The notes beneath the pieces were generated by a model, which was given only the letters and a program-made list of their open reading frames with translations, did not search any database and had not been told where the DNA came from. From the human T2T-CHM13v2.0 reference genome, Homo sapiens, in the NCBI RefSeq assembly GCF_009914755.1, contig NC_060940.1: a stretch of 64,000 bases of DNA. One strand, given 5' to 3'. This document shows, piece by piece, positions 46,401 through 60,188 of the stretch. Each line of letters starts with the position of its first letter. Position 1 is the first letter of the stretch. A program made the translations under genes and the position numbers.

Positions 46401-48224
46401 TTCCAATGATGATTCTATTTGTGTCCCTTAGATTATTCCACATGATTCCATTAGATGATGATACTATTTGAGCCCATCCAATGATTCCCTTCGATTCCAT
46501 TCGATGAGGATTCCATTCGATTCAATTCATTGGTGATTCTATTCAATTCAATTCTTTGATTCCATTCCATTCCATTCGACAATGATTCCATTCGATTTCT
46601 TTCGATGATTCCACTCGATTCCACTTGACATTGATTCCCTTCGATTCCATTCAATGATTCCATTTGATTCCAGTGGATGATGATTGCCATCGATTCCATT
46701 CGATCACTCCATTCTATTCCATTTGATGATGATTACATTCGATTCCATTTGACGATTCCATCTGATTCTATTCGAGGATTCCATTTGATTCCATTCGATG
46801 ATGATTCCATTCGAGTCCATTCGATGATTTCATTCGAGTACATCCAATGATTCCATTCGAGTCCATTTGATGATTCCATTTGATTCCATTTGATAATGAT
46901 TCTACTAGAGTCCATTCAATGACTCCATTGGAGTCCATTCAACAATTCCATTCGACTCCATTTGATGATTCCATTCGATTCCATTTGATGATTCCATTCG
47001 AGTCCATTTAATCATTACAGTCGAGTCCATTTGGTGATTCCACCGGATTTCTTTTGATAATGATACCATTCAATTACATTTGATGATGATCCCATTCAAT
47101 TTCATTTGATGATGATTCCATTAGAGTCCATTCGATGATTTCATTCGAGTCCCTTCACTGATTCCATCCGATTTCATTGGATGATGACTCCATTCGAGTC
47201 CATTCGATGATTCCACTCGATTCCATTCGATGATGATTCCCTTAGATTCCATTCGATGATTCCACTTGATTCCATTTACGATGATTCCATTCGATTCCAT
47301 GTGATGAATCCATTCAATTCTATTCAATGATGTTTCCATTTGATTCCATTGGACCATGATTGCCTTTGATTCCATTCAATGATTCCATTCGGTTCCATTT
47401 GATGATGATTCCGTTCGATTCCATTTGATGATTCCATTTGATTCCATTGGATGAGTCCATTCGATTACATTCGATGATTATTCCATTCGAGTGCATTAGA
47501 TGATTGCATTCGAGTCCATTCGATGATTCCATTCGATTCCATTCGATGTTGATTCTGTTCAAATCCATTCGATGATTCCACTCGATTCCATTCGATGACT
47601 CCATTTGATCCCATTCGATGATTTCCTGTGATTCCCTTTGATGATCATTCTATTTGATTCAATTCGGTGATTTCATTTCATTCCATTCAGTGATGTTTCC
47701 ATTCGACTGTATTCGATGATGATTCCATTCGACTCCATTCGATTATGATTTCATTCAATTCCATTCAATAATGATTCCCTTCGAGTCCATTCGATGATTC
47801 CATTCGATTCCATTCAACGATGATTTGATTCGTTTCCATTCGATGATTCCATTTGATTCCACTTGATGATGATTCCATTCGAGTCTATTTATGTATTATA
47901 TTCGTGTCCACTTCATGATTCCATTCAATTCCATTTAATGTTGATTCCATTTGATTCCATTTGATGATTCAGTTCGATTCCTTGCAATGATTCCCTACGA
48001 TTCCTTTCTCTGATGATTCCATTAGATTCCATTCATTGATGATTTCATTCGACTCCATTCGATGATGATTCCTTTCGATTCCATTCGATGATGATTGGAT
48101 TCGATTCCATTTGATTCCATTCGATAATGATTTCGATCAATTCCATTCGATGATTCCATTCGATTCCATTCGATAATGATTACATCCGAGTCCATTCGAT
48201 GATTCCATTTGAGCCCGTTCGATA
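43453..48224 (+). repeat. Unit 9: 4772-bp chimera (about 3.8 kb of 6.1-kb-type sequence fused to a 997-bp deleted remnant of the type A unit)
   Basis: Follows the consensus to about 47227, then shows type-A-specific sequence (TTGGACCATG, GAGTCTATTTATGTATTATATTCGTG at 47881, CCTTGCAATGATTCCCTACG). Confidence 0.87.
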
Positions 48225-51200
48225 ATTCCATTTGAGTCCAATCAATGATTCCATTCATTTCCATTCAATGATTCCATTCGAGTCCATTTGATCATTCCGG
48301 TAGGGTCCGTTCGATGTTGATTCCATTGGAGTGCATTCGATGATTCCATTCGAGTCCATTTTAGGATTTGATTCGAGTCCTTTCGATGATTCCATTCGAT
48401 TCCACTCGATGATTTCATTCGAGTCCATTCGACACTTCCAATCGATTCCATTTGATGTTTCCATTCGATTCCAATTGATGATTCCATTCAATTCCATTCG
48501 ATGATGATTCCGTACGATTCCATTCTGTGATGATTCCATGTGATTGCAATCAATGATGATTCCTTTCGATTGCATTCGATTATGATTCATTTCGTGTTCA
48601 TTCTATGGTTCCACAGGTTTCCATTCGATGATGTTTCCATTCGTTTCCATTCCATTATTAGATTCTATTCCATTTGAAGATGATTCCATTCGATTCCATT
48701 CATTGGTGATTCCACTCAATTCCATTCAATGATTCCATTCCATTTCTTTCAACAATGATTCCATTAGTTTCTAATCGATGATCCACTTGATTCCATTTGA
48801 CGATGATTCCATTCGTGTCTTTTCGATGATTCCATTTGATTCCATATGATGATGATTCCATTCGATTCCATACGATGATGATTCCATTCGAGTCCATTCA
48901 ATGGTGATTCCATTCAATTCCATTCGATGATTCCTTTCGATTCCATTCAATGATGATGGCATTCGATTCCTTTCGATCATTCCCTTTGATTCCATTCAAA
49001 TGTGATTTCATTCAAGTCCATTCGATAATTGCATTCGATTCCATTCTATGATGATTCCATTCGAGTCCATTTGATGATTCCATTCAATTCAAGTCAATGA
49101 TGATTCCATTCGATTCCACTCGATGATTCCATTGGATTCCATTCGATGATGATTCCATTCAAATCCATTCGATAATTCAATTCAAGTCCATTCGATGATG
49201 ATTCCAATCGAATCCATTCAAAGATTCCACTCAATTCCATTCGATGATGATTCCCTTAGATTCCATTCGATGATTCCACTTGATTCCATTTACGATGATT
49301 CCATTCGATTCCATGTGATGATTCCATTCAATTCTATTCAATGATGTTTCCACTTGATTCCATTCGAACATGATTGCCTTTGATTCCATTCAATGATTCC
49401 ATACGGTTCCATTTGATGATGATTCCATTCGAGTGCATTAGATGATTCCATTCGAGTCCATTCGATGATTCCATTCGATTCCATTCGATGTTGATTCTGT
49501 TCAAATCCATTCGATGATTCCACTCGATTCCATTCGATGACTCCATTTGATCCCATTCGATGATTTCCTTTGATTCCCTTTGATGATCATTCCATTTGAT
49601 TCAATTCGGTGATTTCATTTGATTCCATTCAGTGATGTTTCCATTCAACTCCTTTCGATGATGATTCCATTCGACTCCATTCGATTATGATTTCATTCAA
49701 TTCCATTCGATAATGATTCCCTTCAAGTCCATTCGATGATTCCATTCGATTCCATTCAACGATGATTTGATTCGTGTCCATTCGATGATTCCATTTGATT
49801 CCATTTGATGATGATTCCATTCGAGTCCCTTTCATGATTCCATTCAATTCCATTCTCCGATGATTTCTTTTGAGCCCATTCAATGCTTCCACTCGATTCC
49901 ATATGATGATGACTCCATTTGATGAAATTCCATGATGATTCCATTCGCTTGCATTCGATGATGATTCCACTTGAGTCCGTTAGAAGATTCTATTCAATTA
50001 CATTCCATGACGATTCTGTTCGAGTCCATTTGATGATTCCATTAGACTCCATTCGACGATGATTCCATTCGATGTTATTCGATGATGATTCCATTCAACT
50101 CCATTCGATGTTTCCATTCGAGTTCATTCTATTATTCCATTAGATTCCATTCGATGATGATTCCATTCGATTCCATTTGATGATTGCATTCTATTTCATT
50201 TGATGATGATTCCATTCGAGTCCATTCGATGATTCCATTCGAGTCCATTTAATGAATCCATTGGTTTCAATTCTATGATGATTACATTGGATTCCATACG
50301 TTGATGACTTCATTCGATTCCATTCAATGATGATTCCATTCAATTCCATTCAATGATTCCATTCAATTCCATACGATGATGATTCCATTTGATTTGATTC
50401 GACAGTGAGCCATTCGATTCAATTCCATGATGATTCTATTTGATTCAATTGGTTGACATTTCCATTCGATTCCATTCGATGATGATTACATTTGATTCCA
50501 TTCAAAGATGATTCCATTCTAGCCCATTCAATCATTCCATTCGATTCTATTCAATGATGATTCCATTCATGTCGATTTGGTGATTCCATTTGACTTCATT
50601 TGATGATGATTCCTTTCAAGTTCATTAGAAGATTCCATTCGATTCCATTTGATGATGATCCCATTCGAGTCCATTCAGTGATTCCACTCGTTTCCATTCC
50701 ATGATGATTCCATTCCATTCCATTCAATGATTCCATTCGATTCCGTTTGATGATGATTTCATTCGAGTCCATTTGATGATTCCATTTGATTCCATTCGAT
50801 GATGATTACATTCGAGTCCATACGATGATTCCACTCAATTCCATATGATGATGATTCCATTCGATTCCATTCGATGATTCCATTCTATTCTATTCAATGG
50901 TGATTCCATTCGAGTACATTAGATGATTCCATTCGATTCCATTCAATGATGATTCTATTTGTGTCCCTTAGATGGTTCCACATGATTCCATTTCATGATG
51001 ATATTATTTGAGCCCATCCAATGATTCCCTTCGATTCTATTCGATGAGGATTCCATTCGATTCAATTCATTGGTGATTCTATTCAATTCAATTCTTTGAT
51101 TCCATTCCATTCCATTCGACAATGATTCCATTCGATTTCTTTCGATGATTCCACTCGATTCCACTTGACATTGATTCCATTCGATTCCATTCAATGATTC

Positions 51201-54077
51201 CGTTTGATTCCAGTGGATGATGATTGCCATCGATTCCATTCGATCACTCCATTCTATTCCATTTGATGATGATTACATTCGATTCCATTTGATGATTCCA
51301 TCTGATTCTATTCGAGGATTCCATTTGATTCCATTCGATGATGATTCCATTCGAGTGCATTCGATGATTTCATTCGAGTACATCCAATGATTCCATTCGA
51401 GTCCATTTGATGATTCCATTTAATTCCATTTGATTATGATTCTACTAGAGTCCATTCAATGACTCCATTCGAGTCCATTCAACAATTCCATTCGAGGCCA
51501 TTCGATGATTCCATTTCATGATTCCATTCGAGTCCATTTAATCATTACAGTCGAGTCCATTTGGTGATTCCACTGGATTTCTTTTGATAATGATACCATT
51601 CAATTACATTTGATGATGATCCCATTCAATTTCATTTGATGGTGATTCCATTAGAGTCCATTCGATGATTTCATTCGAGTCCCTTCATTGATTCCATCCG
51701 ATTTCATTTGATGATGACTCCATTCGAGTCCATTCGATGATTCCACTCGATTCCTTTAGATGATTTCATTGGAGTCCATTTGATTGTTCCATTCGATTCT
51801 ATTCGATTCCTTTCGAAGATTATTCCGTTTGAGTCCATTCGATGATGATTCCATTCCATTCCATTCGATGATTCCGTTTGATTCCATTCGATGATTCCCT
51901 TCGATTCCTTTCTTTGATGATTCCATTCCATTCCATTCAATGATTCCATTCGAATCTATTCCATGATGATTCCTTTCGATTCCATTCGCTGATGTTTCCG
52001 TTCAATTCCATTCGATGATGATTCCATTCGATTCCATTCATTGAGGATTCCATTTGATTCCATTCAATGATGATTCCATTCTATTCCATTCAATGATTGC
52101 ATTCAATTCCATTCAATGATTATCCCATTAGAGTAAACTCAACGATTCCATTCAATACCATTCGATGATGATTCCTTTTGAGTCCATTCAATGATTTCAT
52201 TCAAGTCCATTTGATGATTCCTTTCAATTCCATTCTATGATGATTCCATTCGAGTCCATTCGATGATTCCATTCGATTGCATTCGATGATTCCATTATAT
52301 TCCATTCAACAATGATTCCATTCGAGTCCATTCCATGATTCCATTAGAGTACATTTAATGATTGCTTTGTTTTCAATTCGAAGATGATTACATTGGATTC
52401 CATTCTATGATACCATTCGATTCCATTCAATGATGATTCCACTCAAATCCATTGGATGATTCCATTCGTGTCCATTCGGTGATTTCATTAGATTCCATTC
52501 GAGGATGATTCCATTCGATTCCATTCGATGATTCCATTCAATTCCATTCGATGATGATTCCATTCCAGTCCATATGATCATTCCATTTGATTTCATTCGA
52601 TGATGATTCCATTCGATTCCATTCGATGATTCCATTCTATTCCATTCGATGATGATTCCATTCGAGTCCATTCGATGATTCCATTCGAGTCCATTTAATG
52701 ATTCCATTGGGTTCAATTCAATGATGATTACATTGGATTCCGTTCTATGATTCCATTCAATTCCGTTCATTGACAATTTGATTCCATTCGATGATGATTC
52801 CATTTGAGTTCATTCGATGATTCTATTCGATTCTCTTCGATGGTGATTCAATTCTATTATATTGGATGATTCCATTCGATTCCATTTGATGTTGATTCAA
52901 TTCGATTCTATTCGATGATGATTCCATTGGATTTCACTTGATGATTCTATTCGATTCCATTCAATGATGATTCACTTCTCGTCCATTGGATGATTCCATT
53001 TCATTCCATTCGATGATGATTCCATTCGATTCCATTCGATGATTCCATTTGATTCCATGCGACGGTGAGCAATTCGATTCAATTCCATGATGATTCTATT
53101 TGATTCAATTAGATGATGTTTCCATTCGAATCCATTCCATGATTATTCCATTGGAATCCATTCGGCGATGATTCCATATGAGTCAATTCAATGATGATTC
53201 CATATGGGTCCGTTCGATGATAATTCCATTTGATTTCATTCGATGCTTCTATTCAATTCCAGTCGATGATGATTCCGTTGGAGTCCATACGATGATTCCA
53301 TTTGATTTCATTTGATGATGATTCCATTCGATGATGATTACATTGGATTCCATTCTATGATTCCATTCAATTCCATTCGTTGATGATTCGATTCCATTCA
53401 ATGATGATTCCATTTGAGTTCATTCGATGATTCTATTCGATTCCGTTCGATGGTGATTCAATTCTCTTATATTGGATGATTCCACTCGATTCCATTTGAT
53501 GATAATTCCATTGGAGTCCACTTAGTGAATCCTTTAGATTCTACTCGAAGATGATTCCATTCGAGTCCATTCGATGATACCATTCAATTCCATTCGTTGA
53601 TGCTTCCATTCAAGTGCATTCGATGATATCATTCGGTTCCATTTGATGATAATTCCATTTGATACCATGCGATGATTCTATTCGATTCCATTCAATGATA
53701 ATTCCATTCAATTCAGTGATTCCTCTGGACTCCATTTGATGATGATTCCATTCAATGATTCCATTCGATTCTATTCCAAAATGATTCCATTTGAATCCAT
53801 TTGATGATGATTCCATTAGATTCCATTTGATGATTCCATTCGATTCCATTTGACGATGATTCCATTCGATTCCATTTGATGATTCCATTCTATTCTATTC
53901 GATGATGATTCCATTCGATTCCATTCGATGATGATTGGATTCGATTCCATTTGATGATTTCATTTGATTCCATTCGTTAATGATTTCGATCAATTCCATT
54001 CGATGATTCCATTCGATTCGATTCGATAATGATTACATCCGAGTCCATTCGGTGATTCCATTTGAGCCTGTTCGATA
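48225..54077 (+). repeat. Unit 10: 5853-bp unit (type B)
   Basis: Landmarks at 48295 and 54148. Observed indels (-3, +16, +3, -72, -23, -170, -10) sum to -259, and 6112-259=5853. Confidence 0.9.
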
Positions 54078-57000
54078 ATTCCATTTGAGTCCAACCAATG
54101 ATTCCATTCATTTCCATTCAATGATTCCGTTCGAGTCCATTTGATCATTCCGGTATTGTCCATTCGATGTTGATTCCATTGGAGTGCATTCGATGATTCC
54201 ATTCGAGTCCATTTTATGATTTGATTCGAGTCCTTTCGATGATTCCATTCGATTCCACTCGATGATGATTTCATTCGAGTCCATTCGACACTTCCAATCG
54301 ATTCCATTTGATGTTTCCATTCGAGTCCAATTGATGATTCCATTCAATTCCATTCGATGATGATTCCGTACGATTCCATTCTGTGATGATTCCATGTGAT
54401 TGCATTCAATGATGATTCCTTTCGATTGCATTCGATTATGATTCATTTCGTGTTCATTCTATGGTTCCACAGGTTTCCATTCGTGTCCATTCCATTATTC
54501 CATTCTATTCCATTTGATGATGATTCCATTCGATTCCATTCATTGGTGATTCCACTCAATTCCATTCAATGATTCCATTCCATTTCTTTCAACAATGATT
54601 CCATTAGTTTCTAATCGATGATCCACTTAATTCCATTTGACGACGATTCCATTCTTGTCCATTCGATGATTCCATTTGATTGCATATGATGATTATTCCA
54701 TTCGATTCCATACGATGATGATTCCATTCGAGTCCATTCAATGGTGATTCCATTCAATTCCATTCGATGATTCCTTTCGATTCCATTCGATGATGATGGC
54801 ATTCGATTCTTTCAATCATTCCCTTTGATTCCATTCAAAGGTGATTTCATTCAAGTCCATTCGATAATTGCATTCGATTCCATTCTATGATGATTCCATT
54901 CGAGTCCATTTGATGATTCCATTCAATTCAAGTCAATGATGATTCCATTCGATTCCATTCGATGATTCCATTGGATTCCATTCGATGATGATTCCATTCA
55001 AATCCATTCGATAATTCAATTCAAGTCCATTCGATGATGATTAAAATCGAATCCATTCAAAGATTCCATTCAGTTCCATTCGATGATTCCCTTAGATTCC
55101 ATTCGATGATTCCACTTGATTCCATTTACGATGATTCCATTCGATTCCATGTGATGATTCCATTCAATTCTATTCAATGCTGTTTCCATTTGATTCCATT
55201 CGACCATGATTGCCTTTGATTCCATTCAATGACTCCATTCGGTTCCTTTTGATGATGATTCCGTTCGATTCCATTTCATTATTCCATTTGATTCCATTGG
55301 ATGAGTCCATTCGATTACATTCGATGATTATTCCATTCGAGTGCATTAGATGATTCCATTCGAGTCCATTCGATGATTCCATTCGATTCCATTCGATGTT
55401 GATTCTGTTCAAATCCATTCGATGATTCCACTCGATTCCATTCGATGACTCCAGTTGATCCCATTCGATGATTTCCTTTGATTCCCTTTGATGATCATTC
55501 CATTTGATTCAATTCGGTGATTTCATTTGATTCCATTCAGTGATGTTTCCATTCGACTCCATTCGATGATGATTCCATTCGACTCCATTCGATTATGATT
55601 TCATTCAATTCCATTCGATAATGATTCCCTTCGAGTCCATTCGATGATTCCATTCGATTCCATTCAACGATGATTTGATTCGTGTCCATTCGATGATTCC
55701 ATTTGATTCCACTTGATGATGATTCCATTCGAGTCCATTTGATGATTCCATTCAATTCCATTCTCCGATGATTTCTTTTGAGCCCACTCAATGCTTCCAC
55801 TCGATTCCATATGATGATGACTCCATTCGATGAAATTCGATGATGATTCCATTCGCTTGCATTCGATGATGATTCCACTTGAGTCCCTTAGAAGATTCTA
55901 TTCAATTACATTCCATGACGATTCCGTTCGAGTCCAATTGATGATTCCATTAGACTCCATTTGACGATGATTCCATTCGATGTTATTCGATGATTCCATT
56001 CGATCTCATTCGATGATGATTCCATTCAACTCCATTCGATGTTTCCATTCGAGTTCATTCTATTATTCCATTAGATTCCATTCGATGATGATTCCATTCG
56101 ATTCCATTTGATGATTGCATTCTATTTCATTTGATGATGATTCCATTCGAGTCCACTCGATGATTCCATTCGAGTCCATTTAATGAATCCATTGGTTTCA
56201 ATTCTATGATGATTACATTGGATTCCATTCGTTGATGATTTCATTCGGTTCCATTCAATGATGATTCCATTCAATTCCTTTCAATGTTTCCATTCAATTC
56301 CATACGATGATGATTCCATTTGATTTGATTCGACAGTGAGCCATTCGATTCAATTCCATGATGATTCTATTTGATTCCATTGGTTGACATTTCCATTCGA
56401 TTCCATTCGATGATGATTCCCTTTGATTCCATTCAAAGATGATTCCATTCTAGCCCATTCAATCATTCCATTCGATTCTATTCAATGATGATTCCATTCA
56501 TGTCGATTTGGTGATTCCATTTGACTTCATTTGATGATGATTCCTTTCAAGTTCATTAGATGATTCCATTCGATTCCATTTGATGATGATCCCATTCGAG
56601 TCCATTCAGTGATTCCACTCGTTTCCATTCCATGGTGATTCCATTCCATTCCATTCAATGATTCCATTCGATTCCGTTTGATGATGATTTCATTCGAGTC
56701 CATTTGATGATTCCATTTGATTCCATTCGATGATGATTCCATTCGAGTCCATTCGATGATTCTATTCGAATCCATTTGATGATTTCTTTTGATTATAGTT
56801 GGTGATGATTCCATTGGAGTCCATTCAATGATTCCATTCGATTCCAATCGATGGTGATTCCATTAGAGTCCATTTAACGATTCCATTTGATTCCAGTCTC
56901 TGATGATTACATTCGAGTCCATACGACGATTCCACTCAATTCCATATGATGATGATTCCATTCGATTCCATTCGATGATTCCATTCTATTCTATTCAATG

Positions 57001-60000
57001 GTGATTCCGTTCGAGTACATTAGATGATTCCATTCGATTCCATTCAATGATGATTCTATTTGTGTCCCTTAGATGATTCCACATGATTCCATTAGATGAT
57101 GATACTATTTGAGCCCATCCAATGATTCCCTTCGATTCCATTCGATGAGGATTCCATTCGATTCAATTCATTGGTGATTCTATTCAATTCAATTCTTTGA
57201 TTCCATTCCATTCCATTCGACAATGATTCCATTCGATTTCTTTCGATGATTCCACTCGATTCCACTTGACATTGATTCCCTTCGATTCCATTCAATGATT
57301 CCATTTGATTCCAGTGGATGATGATTGCCATCGATTCCATTCGATCACTCCATTCTATTCCATTTGATGATGATTACATTCGATTCCATTTGACGATTCC
57401 ATCTGATTCTATTCGAGGATTCCATTTGATTCCATTCGATGATGATTCCATTCGAGTCCATTCGATGATTTCATTCGAGTACATCCAATGATTCCATTCG
57501 AGTCCATTTGATGATTCCATTTGATTCCATTTGATAATGATTCTACTAGAGTCCATTCAATGACTCCATTCGAGTCCATTCAACAATTCCATTCGACTCC
57601 ATTTGATGATTCCATTCGATTCCATTTGATGATTCCATTCGAGTCCATTTAATCATTACAGTCGAGTCCATTTGGTGATTCCACCGGATTTCTTTTGATA
57701 ATGATACCATTCAATTACATTTGATGATGATCCCATTCAATTTCATTTGATGGTGATTCCATTAGAGTCCATTCGATGATTTCATTCGAGTCCCTTCATT
57801 GATTCCATCCGATTTCATTGGATGATGACTCCATTCGAGTCCATTCGATGATTCCACTCGATTCCATTAGATGATTCCATTGGAGTCCATTTGATTGTTC
57901 CATTCGATTCCATTCGATTCCTTTCGAAGATTATTCCATTTGAGTCCATTCGATGATGATTCCATTCCATTCCATTCGATGATTCCGTTTGATTCCATTC
58001 GATGATTCCCTTCGATTCCTTTCTTTGATGATTCCATTCCATTCCATTCAATGATTCCATTCGAATCTATTCCATGATGATTCCTTTCGATTCTATTCGC
58101 TGATGTTTCCTTTCAATTCCATTCGATGATGATTCCATTCGATTCCATTCATTGAGGATTCCATTTGATTCCATTCAATGATGATTCCGTTCTATTCCAT
58201 TCAATGATTGCATTCAATTCCATTCAATGATTATCCCATTAGAGTAAACTCAACGATTCCATTCAATACCATTCGATGATGATTCCTTTTGTGTCCATTC
58301 AATGATTTCATTCAAGTCCATTTGATGATTCCTTTCAATTCCATTCTATGATGATTCCATTCGAGTCCATTCGATGATTCCATTCGATTGCATTCGATGA
58401 TTCCATTATATTCCAGTCAACGATGATTCCATTCGAGTCCATTCGATGATTCCATTAGAGTACAGTTAATGATTGCTTTGTTTTCAATTCGAAGATGATT
58501 ACATTGGATTCCATTCTATGATACCATTCGATTCCATTCAATGATGATTCCACTCAAATCCATTGGATGATTCCATTCGTGTCCATTCGGTGATTTCATT
58601 AGATTCCATTCGAGGATGATTCCATTCGATTCCATTCGATGATTCCATTCAATTCCATTCGATGATGATTCCATTCCAGTCCATATGATCATTCCATTTG
58701 ATTTCATTCGATGATGATTCCATTCGATTCCATTCGATGATTCCATTCTATTCCATTCGATGATGATTCCATTCGAGTCCATTCGATGATTCCATTCGAG
58801 TCCATTTAATGATTCCATTGGGTTCAATTCAATGATGATTACATTGGATTCCGTTCTATGATTCCATTCAATTCCGTTCATTGACAATTTGATTCCATTC
58901 GATGATGATTCCATTTGAGTTCATTCGATGATTCTATTCGATTCTCTTCGATGGTGATTCAATTCTATTATATTGGATGATTCCATTCGATTCCATTTGA
59001 TGTTGATTCAATTCGATTCTATTCGATGATGATTCCATTGGATTTCACTTGATGATTCTATTCGATTCCATTCAATGATGATTCACTTCTCGTCCATTGG
59101 ATGATTCCATTTCATTCCATTCGATGATGATTCCATTCGATTCCATTCGATGATTCCATTTGATTCCATGCGACGGTGAGCAATTCGATTCAATTCCATG
59201 ATGATTCTATTTGATTCAATTAGATGATGTTTCCATTCGAATCCATTCCATGATTATTCCATTGGAATCCATTTGGCGATGATTCCATATGAGTCAATTC
59301 AATGATGATTCCATATGGGTCCGTTCGATGATAATTCCATTTGATTTCATTCAATGCTTCTAATCTATTCCAGTCGATGATGATTCCGTTGGAGTCCATA
59401 CGATGATTCCATTTGATTTCATTTGATGATGATTCCATTCGATGATGATTACATTGGATTCCATTCTATGATTCCATTCAATTCCATTCGTTGATGATTC
59501 GATTCCATTCAATGATGAGTCCATTTGAGTTCATTCGATGATTCTATTCGATTCCGTTCGATGGTGATTCAATTCTATTATACTGGATGATTCCACTCGA
59601 TTCCATTTGATGATTATTCCATTGGAGTCCACTTAGTGAATCCTTTAGATTCTACTCGAAGATGATTCCATTCGAGTCCATTCAATGATACCATTCAATT
59701 TCATTCGTTGATGCTTCCATTCAAGTGCATTCAATGATATCATTCGATTCCATTTGATGATAATTCCATTTGATTCCATGCGATGATTCTATTCGATTCC
59801 ATTCAATGATAATTCCATTCAATTCAGTGATTCCTCTGGACTCCATTTGATGATGATTCCATTCAATGATTCCATTCGATTCTATTCCAAAATGATTCCA
59901 TTTGAATCCATTTGATGATGATTCCATTAGATTCCATTTGATGATTCCATTCGATTGCATTTGACTATGATTCCATTCGATTCCATTTGATGATTCCATT

Positions 60001-60188
60001 CTATTCTATTCGATGATGATTCCATTCGATTCCATTTGATGATGATTGGATTCGATTCCATTTGATGATTTCATTTGATTCCATTCGTTAATGATTTCGA
60101 TCAACTCCATTCGATGATTCCATTTGATTCCATTCGATAATGATTACATCCGAGTCCATTCGATGATTCCATTTGAGCCCATTCGATA
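54078..60188 (+). repeat. Unit 11: full-length 6111-bp unit
   Basis: Landmarks at 54148 (variant TTCCGGTATTGTCC) and 60259. All consensus blocks are present. Confidence 0.92.
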
